In this document: positions 31,901-42,624 of the stretch, one piece after another
Layout of the letters: each line of letters starts with the position of its first letter
Position numbering within the stretch: position 1 is the stretch's first letter
Assembly (NCBI RefSeq): GCF_964355755.1
Contig: NC_092672.1
Location: forward strand, 17,125,237-17,189,236
From: Antedon mediterranea
Taxonomy: Eukaryota; Animalia; Echinodermata
Direction of reading: 5' to 3'
DNA length: 64,000 nt
Notes under the pieces: generated by a model
Told to the model about the DNA's origin: nothing
Seen by the model: only the letters and a program-made list of their open reading frames with translations
The model's database searches: none
Translations under genes and position numbers: made by a program

Positions 31901-32990
31901 TATTTTTAAACTGCAAATCAGAAGCATCAGCATCTGATTCTGTAAAGACACAAATTATGAGTATTGCTGAAAAGCAACAAGAAATCAAAGACATGGCATG
32001 TTAAGTACGAATAGTATTACACATACATATACTGCATTCTGAATGCATAATTAATTATTCAAAAGTAGTTTACACAGATTATGTATTTTTTTTAGGAAAC
32101 AAAATTGAACAAAGGTTTGAAATAGGGCACTGGGCCAATTGTTTGTGCAATGGAGGAAGTTCTCCAAACAAAACAAGGTTCCTAGTCAAGCCTATCATGG
32201 GAAGGCCTTTGTAGGCAATCATGTACACAAGTGTTGCCAGGTGATTATAAAAATAAACAATACACCATCTACTTAAGATAGTATACAGTTTAAATTTAAT
32301 GACAATACTATTATTAAAAAACTAAGTGTTGTATGTTGCAATGTTTGAATATTTACCCAATTGACAATATTGTTCACAGGTTGATATTATTCACCAGCTA
32401 ACATCTGCATCAAACCAGGTTCTAGAGGAACAAAGCTCAGATATCCCAATTGGATTTCTTGAAAAATTGCAATCACAATTGATTTATACACCTATCTTCC
32501 ACCAATTTTCAGACATACACAAGGCAATCAACCATACCAATGCAATGACTGAGAATGAAATTGATATTGTTGGTAAGAAAAAAAAAAAAAAATCTGAATT
32601 GAGTTTCTATCACTCAGCTGCTTATTAAAGAATTAATTAAATTTATATATTAATTTACTTACAGCTTCAAATATATCAGACTTCATGTCCAACTGCAGAA
32701 AATTGGAGATCAACATATCTCCAAAATTGCACATGCTCGAATTTCATGTTGTGGAATTTTTAAAGTGATGGCATGTTGGAATCAGCTTGTTAAATGAGCA
32801 GGTGGGTGAACTTATTCACTGGTCATTTAACCAAAAAAAAAAAAGAAGTCTGTATGGTGTAAAGTCAGTTCTGGCAAAAACAATGTCAGTGATGAAGAAT
32901 CACTTAATCTTCACACAACCTGAAGTACAAGCAAAAATAAAACATGCTGTGAAAAGGAAGCACAGTATGCATTTTAAATACCATCAGTAA
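28902..32990 (+). pseudogene. Chapaev-like transposase with RAG1-type N-terminal zinc domain and RING finger; multi-exon, with stops and frameshifts
   Basis: MDFHSESLLNICRICG..DKNVHPSYVCHTC..WRQH..CTAC; RING FQCSICKHIL..CSHHFC; core GGDKGGGS, FFFGD, VPSLHISLG, YHGKAFVGNHVHK, SPKLHMLEFHV, NEQVGELIH. Confidence 0.85.
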
Positions 32991-33224
32991 ACCTTTGATG
33001 ATTTTGTAGAAATAATAGTATTATCAACATATTTGTTTTTGTTTGCAGATGCAGAACAGTAGATGGTTGAAGTGCTGCTATGTCAACAAACTGTTGCAAT
33101 ATTGGAAATATCTGTATAAACAAAATTTAGTTAGGTGTGCTTGCATACATTTATGCAGAGCAGTAGATGATTGAAGTGCTGCTATGTCAACTAACTGTAG
33201 ACAACATCCTACATTTCTTTTTTC

Positions 33225-34065
33225 TTCACTTAATTAGTGTTTAATATAAATATTCAAACAAATGTTAGTTTATATACATACCATTTAAACAGTATATGAA
33301 TATTGATTGCAGCTGATCCATGTGTTCTGAAAAAAAATATTATATGTTATTTGTTAAAATGTCAAGACATGTTTGGTTCAGTAAATATTAATTTAACTGC
33401 AGCATTGTCAACTGAAGTATTAATTTAAATAGAGGGACTATGCTTACAAAACAAAGGTAACTAAAGTAAAAAGTACATATTTTTTCCTCACTTACTTAAA
33501 AAAAAACTGTTTAATACTATAAGAATTAATACAAATGGTTATAGGTTAAATAATATACATACCATTTAAACAGTATCTGTTATATTACTGAATTCATTCC
33601 TGTTATTGTGGATGTATAGTAGGAGAACTGTCATTTGATATTCTTATACATTCTGTGCCAAAACCATGGCATCCTTTGTAATACACCTGAATAGTTCTAT
33701 GCAAATTACCCTTTTCATTTAACTTCAATGCCCATCACTTTTGACTGTGACAATATTGATTGGAGCACATCCATGTGTTCTGAAAAAAAAATATTATATG
33801 TTATTTGTTTAAATGCCAAGACATGTTTGGATCAGTAAATATTAATTTAACTGCAGTGTTGTCAACTCAAGTATTTATTTAAATAGAGGGACTAGGCCTA
33901 TGCCTACAAACATTTTGACAAAGCTGACTAAAGTAAAAAGTACATATTTTTTCCTCATTACCCTTTAAAAAAAACTGTTTAATACTATAAATATTAAAAC
34001 AAACGGTTTTAGGTTAAATAATATACATACCATTTAAACAGTATCTTTTATATTACTGAATTCAT
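33225..34065. repeat. Local direct duplication inside the transposon
   Basis: The block starting atccatgtgttctgaaaaaaaatattatatgttatttg (about 33317-33595) recurs at about 33770-34065. Confidence 0.8.
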
Positions 34066-35158
34066 TAATTAATGGGTGGATATACTAGCCTAGTAGGCCT
34101 ACTAACTACTACTACTACTACTACTAGGCCTAGGCTAGCTAGTATACTGGACATCATCGCTGATTTAATCATTATTATTACCCAGTCCACCCCATCCAGA
34201 TATCCATCCTACCTAGGCTAGCCTATGTTAAGTTTTAAAATTTTACATTAATATTATCACCTAAACTAAGCCTAGGCTAATGTATTTTTTTTTAAATCAA
34301 AAATAATCATTATCTTTATATACAAGCCAAGCCAAGTCGCGTCAACCTGGTAAGTGGACCTGACTACCCACGTCGTGGGGGTAGCCTAGGCCTACTAGAT
34401 GGGGCGATCTTGGCCATGCTGTATACAATTCAAATACGGTTCACGTCAAGCTGAAACCTTATATTAACAATTCTCGTAACAATTGCCTACGAAATAAAAT
34501 AAATCTCAGTTCCTAAAGTGACTAACAACTAATTATATATAAATATCCAAATTTAACCATATTTTTACATTGAATAATTACTAATTTTAAGCATATTTAC
34601 ACTCTAAATTTCAACTACTCACCAGGCTTCGAAGAAACACGCTTTTTTTCTCGCCATCCCATAGTAAGATAAAATAACCGCTCATTTAACATTTTCTCAT
34701 GAATATTCATATTTTCGAGTCAAATTTTATGTCATTATCTCAAATATGTTTTATTTTCGTTTCAGTTTTTATTTTTAATGTTGTGATTGGTATGGACGCA
34801 CCATCTACGCATGTGTGCCACTGTTAAAAAAGTGTTGTTCCAAATAAATATTATTATTATTATTATAGTGCGCCCTCTCTGGTTAGGTTATGGAAATATT
34901 AAGATTAAAACTATAGAGGGGGTATGACTTTTTGTCAATAACGAAACCACCGTAGAAACATACAATGTATTTCAAAATTATAACTTTTCTATATCAATGT
35001 AAACACATTACCAGCAACAACACAGTGGATTATACAAAACATAACTCACTAAGTCCATAGGCATACTACATGCAACACTTTATATATTGACTGTATATGT
35101 ACAGGTATTCCAAAAGCAGTAAAAATAAAATACATTTTGGGGGACAGGCCTACCTGGC

Positions 35159-35988
35159 TGCGATTTTGTTTTTCGTACATAAGTTGGGGACCCCTCATGA
35201 AACGTCACAAAATAAACATGAATAATTCATCAGTTAATAAAAATGTTCTTGTTCCGTTTGCACCCGAAGCGTATAGCAACAAGAAGTGATTACACAAGTG
35301 CGCGCGCGGTACGATTCTAGGCCTATCTACGCTGTGGTTGCGGCGTGCAATTTCATAAAAGAATAACGGCGTTTTGTGTGGATTGTCAAAATAATCAGCC
35401 TTTAGTTTATGGTGTTTTTAATATAATTTATTACTAAAGAATTACGTGTTAAAAAATGATAGTTTCTATTAATACTACATGTATTAGGCCTAATGTTAGT
35501 CTCTAAACCCACGGTCTATTCAAGTAGTAGCTGTGTGTGTGTGTGTGTGTGTGTTAGGTATGACACAGTCCGAGTAATACTAATATAAGTCAGCAAAATT
35601 AAACAATAAACATTACACAAAAATACATTTTTTATTCTCGTGGGTCTAATCTTTCCCATCTCATGTGTTCATATACGCGCATTTTTCTTTGAGTACATAT
35701 TGTTTGATAATAAAATAGCAGAATTACGATTAGCCTTGACACATTATGCATGCCAGTGGTGTGTGTGTGAAGAAGAGGGCGCGAAGGCAATCACGTGAAT
35801 TGACCTAGAATCCCAGGCCGCGTAATTTTTTCTACTGTAGAAAGAATCGTATCGCTTTAGTTTAATCACTTCTTGTTGCTATACGCTTGGGTGCACACGG
35901 AAAAACAAATTTAACTGATGAATTATTCATGTTTATTTTGTGACGTTTCATGAGGGGTCCCCAAATTATGTACGAAAAAAAAAATCGC
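35159..35988. mobile_element. MITE / non-autonomous DNA transposon with ~130-bp TIRs
   Basis: 35160-35292 is the inverted copy of 35863-35988; flanked by the direct repeat TACCTGGC (35151-35158 and 35989-35996). Confidence 0.85.
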
Positions 35989-36110
35989 TACCTGGCTAGC
36001 AACTTGCAATACATGCAATTTAGGCCTACCTAGCCTAGACGTGACCTATGCATAAGTAACTAGAAAAGTAATAGAAGAAGATGAAGCAGAAAAACAATTT
36101 TTTTTTTTAC

Positions 36111-36656
36111 TTACATCATCCAAATGTCTCGTGAGTTTTGATTGTAAAACTCCCGGTGATAATCAGACATTGATAACCTATGTTGAGCAGCCGAAAACGT
36201 ACCGTACAATATGGACATTGCATTGGTCGTCGAGAGCACAAACACCGTAAAATCGTAAAACTGTACAATTACGCCTTTGATGTATTGCAACCGAATTCTT
36301 TGCAGATACTCGTCCAATTCCTCAATGAAATACGTAGGCCTACGTCGACCAGTGTATGCGAATTCTATATTCGCTCCCTGGAGTAGATATGCGATCATCA
36401 TTTTCAATATCGGTTTTCCTAACAAGTCCGTGTGTGCTATCGTTGGATGAAAGTCCATACTTTTCGAAATCCGGACATCCGCTTCCCCCGGAATGTACCA
36501 TTGATGGTCATAATAAATTTCGTGAGTGGTATGGTCTGTGTAAACGTCTCGATGTACATCGTAGCCTTTGATCAACAGAATTCGTTTAAATCTCTCTTCA
36601 AAGTATTCTGTTCTTTGAATTCTCAGCTTTTCAGTTACTGATCTTCGCAGCATCAT
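36111..36656 (-). CDS. Hypothetical protein, 181 aa
   Basis: Intact ORF from an ATG, with the CpG-rich composition of the viral genes. Confidence 0.55.
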   Translation of the reverse strand: MMLRRSVTEKLRIQRTEYFEERFKRILLIKGYDVHRDVYTDHTTHEIYYDHQWYIPGEADVRISKSMDFHPTIAHTDLLGKPILKMMIAYLLQGANIEFAYTGRRRPTYFIEELDEYLQRIRLQYIKGVIVQFYDFTVFVLSTTNAMSILYGTFSAAQHRLSMSDYHREFYNQNSRDIWMM

Positions 36657-36900
36657 TTCCCGTTTTGTTGTGCTTTTTTTTCTGTTAAAATTTCTCTTTT
36701 TATATCTACCATTTCCCTCGCCCCCCCCCCCCCCCCCATAATAGCCTAATGTGTGTGTGAGTGTGAGTGTCCAAAGACGCGCGGCGACGTTTAGTTTGTA
36801 TCCTATTTTACAAAAGAGATATGTGTCGTGTCACCACAAAAGGAGCTTTGGGTTGAAATTATTTTTTTTTTTTTAAATTATTATTATAATATTAATCTCC

Positions 36901-37327
36901 ATTCTTTAAGCTTTCTAAAAAAAAATAATGTAACTTGCTTTATAATTTATTTCAAGGCAATTAAGATATGACCCTATTTCAACCAAGAACTTCCGAATTC
37001 AATAGATTACTTCCGAATTCAATAGATTATCAACAATTAGAAAACAGCCTTTTAAGTTCAGTGGACAATTACATTGGTTTTATTCAATAACCACAACACA
37101 TTCGCCTTGGATACCATTAGTTATTATTACTGAATCTACATGAAATTTTTAACACTTAAACAATGAATACGAGTATAGATTACACTTTAATTTCTTTCAA
37201 TTTTATTATCATCTTCATATATAAAATACAACAATTAAAAATTACATAATTATGTTGATTAATGGATTATTTTGAGCACACACAATCTGTTAACATAACT
37301 CACTTCTACTCTAGATCATGATTAGGC
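36901..37327 (-). repeat. Right arm of the dispersed inverted repeat
   Basis: Reverse complement of 23017-23372, with a small extra insertion near 37060-37110. Confidence 0.9.
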
Positions 37328-38725
37328 CTATACAAATTCTTACACATTCTTCTTCGTTTTCAATAACTATCCTCGCCGTCAGAATCTTCGTCTATCCCCA
37401 TCATCCAGGCTTTAGCATTAGCAAGAAGGCTAGCATTTAAAGCGTCAGCTATGACTTTTTCTGATCGTTCATTATCAGAATTTCTGACATTTCTATTAAT
37501 TATATCAAACTATTAATTTGAATGATGCAAAAGAATTATAGTATAGTTTATTAAAAGATTGTAAATTATAACACTAAAGTAGGACAATAATGTAGTAGCA
37601 CACTGTAAACCTCGTGCGAACAGCTTACCAAGGTAGTAAACAATACGTCTACGCACGTTCACAAGTGATTGACCAATCAGAGGACGCGATTAGTCCCTTT
37701 TGTTTGGCTGTATTTAAGGCCGAAGCCTTTATAAAAGTGATTGTGATTGGACTATGATTGCATATTTAAATGTTTATTCATGATATTCTGAAAGATGACG
37801 TTACAAGCTTTAAAACCATACCAGTTGTGACAATGTTTGGAAAGGCGGGAACATTCGATTGAAAAATAAGGTAGATGATTTTTGGCCGGCCGTTTACGGC
37901 TGAAATAGTCAGAATTCCACACAAAACCTTACAATATTGTCTATAAAAAAACGTCAAAATGTATGTATTTTGGAACAAAATTAAGTTTTAAGGACAAGTA
38001 AACTATAATAGTTGAATATGTCGAATATGTAAGAAAAAAAAAATTATTTTAAATTGACTATTCCAACATTCAAAGCTAATTATAGCAATATTATAGCTTT
38101 TGCGACACAAGGCCGGCGGCTCTTTTAGTTGTGACGCGACCCATATAGACGCGCGCGCGGGGGGGGGGGGGGAGATGTGGAAAACGCATTAGTAATGCTT
38201 AACATCAGTTTCTATAAGAGCGAGATGAGTGAGAGAGAGAGATAGAGAGAGAGAAAAACAAAAACAAAAAAATGTGCTGTATCAAATTTATTTTCTTTTA
38301 TTAATCCATAAGAAAGTGACAACATTAAAATAAAAGTGAATTACATACAAAAAGTTTTGCATTTATTTATTTGGAATTACACCTTTAGATCTTTAGCACA
38401 CTTAGCACAAAGGTGCATCCTTCACAATATAAAATATAACAATTAACAGAAAAGTAAAAAAAGGCAAAAGCAACTATCCTACCCCTCCCCCCCCCCCTCA
38501 ATTTACATCGATACATACAGTAGATCATTACTTTACACAAATGAATACAAAACAAGATATAGTAAAAGTGTACAAAATAAAATCAACTGATAAACACAGC
38601 TTATTACGTAAAAACCCCCAACCTCTCCTCCCCCCCCCCCTTTTTTTTTTCAATTTACTTAATGTAGCAATGTAGATAACATAGTTGCATTGCAGTTAAA
38701 GTTTGGTGCTGTATATATACAATTT

Positions 38726-39241
38726 TTAAATGTCGCATACGCACAAGATTTCTATCGACATCGGCTCATATACTGCCGCGTCTACATTACATCGTTGAAA
38801 GCACTCATCCGATACGGGAATAGTTTCTGGATAACCAAACAGAGCGGGAACGCACCTTCCCACGTTTTCACCTAATGGAAAAAAGCAATGAGAACCAAAC
38901 AGATCGCATCCATCATTGTCCGGTACGAGAAGCCATTGATCATCAGCCGATCGGTTTAGGCTACACGTTTCTAAAGAATATTTCATACCGTCCCATCGAT
39001 CGCATTCATCACAACACGTAACAATATGAGTACCGTCTTCGATGATGTCAATGCACGCATATTTTTCGCTCTCTCTAATGCATGCGTCGTGATATAGAAA
39101 CGGCGATACTCCGTCAACGTACACCGATCCAATTAACAAGTCCGGACGTTCATCGATGCACATTACACAACGATGGTGGTAAAGTAGTAGTAGTAGTATG
39201 AGTAGTAGTAGTAAAATGTGTTTCAACGCCTCTGTATCCAT
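38726..39241 (-). CDS. Secreted or membrane-anchored Cys-rich protein, 171 aa
   Basis: N-terminal Leu-rich hydrophobic stretch followed by many Cys. Confidence 0.6.
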   Translation of the reverse strand: MDTEALKHILLLLLILLLLLYHHRCVMCIDERPDLLIGSVYVDGVSPFLYHDACIRESEKYACIDIIEDGTHIVTCCDECDRWDGMKYSLETCSLNRSADDQWLLVPDNDGCDLFGSHCFFPLGENVGRCVPALFGYPETIPVSDECFQRCNVDAAVYEPMSIEILCVCDI

Positions 39242-41376
39242 GCGTCACAATTGGTTCTGATGTAAAGCGATACCAACGAAAACAAAGGCCAATGTCTTGT
39301 CTCATTATGTTCTGTAACGGGCATGCAAACGTGATGAAAATGTTTTGAGAATCCACTTCGTATAGACGCTGATATGACGTGTGACGGAGGACGAGGTCCG
39401 GCGTTTTCAAATTTTACGAACCTGTTCAATTTGGTTGGAGCCATAGAATGCCAAGACCTTGTTGCCGGGTTGTAACCGCCAATCATGCGTGGTATTCCGT
39501 CTAATACGTCGTAAATAAAAGGAAACTTTACGGTTGATCTGACTTTTTGCCTGAACCACGGGCCGTGTTTTTCATTACGTTTAAAAACATGTTCATTGTT
39601 GACAACAAAAATGTGTCCACTGTCGTGTATAAGCGACGTGTTTTTGTCCAAGTGTCGAATGTATGATTTGGCAAAATTATCAACGAAACGAGACGGAAGT
39701 ATTCTGTTCGGAATGTCAACGTCGGCCATCAATTGGCTCGAGATTATTGAAAGCTTAGAAACAACCGTTTTAGGCTCAGCTCTAGTGCACATGACGTTGC
39801 CGATAGTGAACAGTTCGATTTCACCGTTTGACTCGTTTCCTTTGCACCATTTACTCGAGTAATAACGATACGTCGTATTGAAAGCAAACCACTCTTTTCG
39901 TATCGTGTCATACACGAATCCATATTTTTCAGTATCGCATCTACTCATGTCGGTTCCTAGAAAGTCTAACATGTCAGTCGGTGCGCCGGTTTCGAATCTA
40001 CCACCAACAAACACTAGCAATCTATCCAGAAAACAAAACATTTGCATTCCACAACGATGCCGGCAAACGACAGGCATTTCGCCAATTTTAGTCCATTCTG
40101 CTATACCGCCCTTGTTCAGGGTTTCTCTGGTGCACTCGTACACTTGAAAATCTGTTTCAAAGACGGCGTACAGTGTGTTCTTGTTACTCGTGCAACTTAA
40201 AACGCCCTTTATTGTTACGTCATGAAACAATGGTCGAATGACAAGTATGGTTGTACCTGTGAACGCATGATTCATGTACACGTCACCGGAAGAAAGAACG
40301 GTAAAAACAGATGCGTTCGGTGTGTCCTGACAGGCAAGTTGACGTTCCGGTGGTCGAGCAGACATTTTCAAGAGCGTCTTGATTCTGTCGGTGGTTCGTA
40401 AATCATCGACGACGACGTTGTTGTTGTGTTCGTTCATTCTATACGGCGAGAATACGGACGAGTCGAGAAGAATGCCCATGCTTGTCGCGTTGATCTTGTT
40501 GTCGGGCAATGATGCAACCCATACGGTCACTAACCGATTCACGTCTGCATTGTAACCGCTTTTGCGAGCGTTTCGACTCAGTAATTTGTCAAAGAAACAT
40601 GGCGGAATCTGAGACATCCACATGGAAATCAAATCTGGTTTCTTAACAAACAAATCGTGAATGAGCGGTGCCCAGAAAATCAACGAATCGGCAATGACAC
40701 TCGATATTGCGTATGCTTTTTCCCGTTGGATTGTCGCGTGAATCAATTGGAGTACAACTGCAGTTCTAATCGGATCAAAAAACATTACTGTCGCTTCTTT
40801 CGAAATTGTTTCAATTGTATCCGTTGAGATTTTTGGGAATACAATGCCTGTGTTTATGAGCATTTGCTTGATTTTATCCAGAGCAATTGTATTGTTCAAG
40901 TACACAGACAGTTTTGTAAACGAAACGATGTTTTCAATTGTAGACGGTTCATTTCTTTTGGTAAAGTTGTTTACGGCGTTTGCGTCCAACCATTTCGGTA
41001 CTTTATACCAAATGTTGCCGCTTACTTTATCTTTTACAAAATGAAGATTTCTTATCTTATTTTTTGAGTCGTCGTGTTGTACTCTGTACGACGAATCGGT
41101 ATCACGTTCCAAAAACCCGTCGTCGTATACATCACCTGCATGCTGCTGCTGCTCCGGTTGAACTTCAGTCTCCGAATCAATTTCGGGCACGTTATTCGGC
41201 GGCCGTTGAAATATTTCATAATTTAAAGGTGTTACGGTAGCAGATTTTGCTAACGTTGAAGGTCCATCATCATCATCATCTTCATCATCAGATGATATCC
41301 ACACAGTATCAAGTTTTCTTACTTTCTTACTGTCTTCGTGACGTTCATTAGAACCGTGCCTGCGTCTGGACGCCAT
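39223..41376 (-). CDS. Kelch-repeat-like protein with a helical N-terminal region
   Basis: 717 aa from ATG 41376; WTKIGEMP, LLVFVGGRF, VYDTIRKEW and MIGGYN..WHSMAP are Kelch-type motifs. Confidence 0.7.
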   Translation of the reverse strand: MASRRRHGSNERHEDSKKVRKLDTVWISSDDEDDDDDGPSTLAKSATVTPLNYEIFQRPPNNVPEIDSETEVQPEQQQHAGDVYDDGFLERDTDSSYRVQHDDSKNKIRNLHFVKDKVSGNIWYKVPKWLDANAVNNFTKRNEPSTIENIVSFTKLSVYLNNTIALDKIKQMLINTGIVFPKISTDTIETISKEATVMFFDPIRTAVVLQLIHATIQREKAYAISSVIADSLIFWAPLIHDLFVKKPDLISMWMSQIPPCFFDKLLSRNARKSGYNADVNRLVTVWVASLPDNKINATSMGILLDSSVFSPYRMNEHNNNVVVDDLRTTDRIKTLLKMSARPPERQLACQDTPNASVFTVLSSGDVYMNHAFTGTTILVIRPLFHDVTIKGVLSCTSNKNTLYAVFETDFQVYECTRETLNKGGIAEWTKIGEMPVVCRHRCGMQMFCFLDRLLVFVGGRFETGAPTDMLDFLGTDMSRCDTEKYGFVYDTIRKEWFAFNTTYRYYSSKWCKGNESNGEIELFTIGNVMCTRAEPKTVVSKLSIISSQLMADVDIPNRILPSRFVDNFAKSYIRHLDKNTSLIHDSGHIFVVNNEHVFKRNEKHGPWFRQKVRSTVKFPFIYDVLDGIPRMIGGYNPATRSWHSMAPTKLNRFVKFENAGPRPPSHVISASIRSGFSKHFHHVCMPVTEHNETRHWPLFSLVSLYIRTNCDAWIQRR

Positions 41377-41429
41377 CGCAATACTACAGCAACACGCACG
41401 CACACACACAATATGATCGCTAATATTAC

Positions 41430-41813
41430 TCACTTCAATAACTGCTTAAGAAATGTGGTTAACGTTTCAGAATATTCCTCCTTGTTTTTACTGGAACTAG
41501 CAAATTCACGTGCAACGTGAAGTGTGACAATAATGCGGCCCTCATTCACGTGGCCGTCTTCAAACATGCCCACGAGCAGATTGTGTAATGACTTGGCGCT
41601 GCGACATTTCACCTTATCAACTTGATTCTTGATTTCAGTTTTCAATTCTGCGTTGCTAAATGTTTCCGGATATTCACGTTCAACTTTTTCCTCGTTTTCC
41701 AAATAATTTTTGGCCAAAACGATCAATTTATCAACATCAAAACCACCGTTTCTCTTTAACATCTTGTTCAACAATATTTCTTTTTTTGAAGTGACTTTCT
41801 CGTTTATACGCAC
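41430..41813 (-). CDS. Viral Bcl-2-like protein (BH1 present, no clear BH2 or TM)
   Basis: MFEDGHVNEGRIIVTLHVA matches BH1 (LF.DG.NWGRIV) with a W-to-E change; upstream EKVEREYPETF is BH3-like. First ATG is at 41762. Confidence 0.65.
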   Translation of the reverse strand: MRINEKVTSKKEILLNKMLKRNGGFDVDKLIVLAKNYLENEEKVEREYPETFSNAELKTEIKNQVDKVKCRSAKSLHNLLVGMFEDGHVNEGRIIVTLHVAREFASSSKNKEEYSETLTTFLKQLLK

Positions 41814-41940
41814 ATCAATTTATAGTACCGGAATGATTCTCTGTCAACAATCCCGTTTGTACGGTTCCGGTCTAGGATTTGCGTTTGTGATGACCGCTAT
41901 GTTATGTAAATGAGCCTGTGCAGCTGGTGTATTATTAATT

Positions 41941-41977
<37 letters not shown>

Positions 41978-42000
41978 ACACACGTTTCATAAGTTTGGTT

Positions 42001-42624
42001 ATGGATTCAGAACAGGGCTTAATTGGAGACCAGGGGTATGCTACGTCTAAAGCCAAAAACTTGTACATTAACCAGGTATCTGATGGTTTTGATGCCAAGT
42101 TGAACAATTTTAAAAGGCATGTTGCCGAGGAGTCATATTCAGCATTGAAACGTGCTCGGTCAGCGCATTTCAACGATGAATTAAAGATAGTGTATGAAAA
42201 CAACGATCAGAGTGAAACGCTCACCGAAGGTATTATGATTCTTGAGAAATGACAAAAATTAAAAAATTTAAAAAAATAAATAAATAAAAAATTTATAATA
42301 GCTTATTTTTTTTAATTTTTTTTTGTGTGTGTTTCAGGTGAAGACTTTGGACCACTCACAGATCTGCGTATTTCCGAGTTGGCAAGAGAGCTGGGCAATG
42401 ATTGGTCAATGATAGCAACATATTTAGGAATTTCACTCGCTCAACAACAAGATTTACGTCAGGCTCATTACATTTGTAGTCGGGAACGTAATCAAGAAAT
42501 GCTTGTTATATGGCGCAAGAGAGATTCATGCTGCCAAAAATCAGACAAACTACAATCATTAATGAATGCATTGGAAAAAAGTGGAAGAATCGACTTAAAA
42601 AACAAAATCAGTCTATGGCAATGA
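42001..42624 (+). CDS. Death-domain protein, two exons (42001-42229, 42338-42624), 171 aa
   Basis: G|gtatta and tttcag|GT join in frame; LTDLRISELARELGNDWSMIATYLGIS...EMLVIWR...LMNALEKSGRIDL is a canonical death domain; aataaa downstream. Confidence 0.85.

Larger units (their letters stand above)
28023..35027 (+). mobile_element. Decayed Chapaev/N-RAG-type DNA transposon; exact ends uncertain
   Basis: Carries the transposase pseudogene; inverted ACGGTGGTTTCG at 28175-28186 and 34942-34953; possible CAC...GTG termini at 28023 and at 34870 or 35027 (the 35027 end gives a GAT/GAT flank); CpG-poor and rich in TAGGCCTA. Confidence 0.75.

Noticed and set aside
28023-35027. True ProtoRAG/RAG1L-RAG2L transposon
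   Set aside because: The core has Chapaev-type GGDKGGG rather than RAG1 DGMGDV; no 5-bp TSD, no nonamer-bearing TIR pair and no recognisable RAG2 Kelch repeats.
37330-37510. Minus-strand coding-like fragment (NSDNERSEKVIADALNASLL)
   Set aside because: Short, has no start, and matches no family I recognise.
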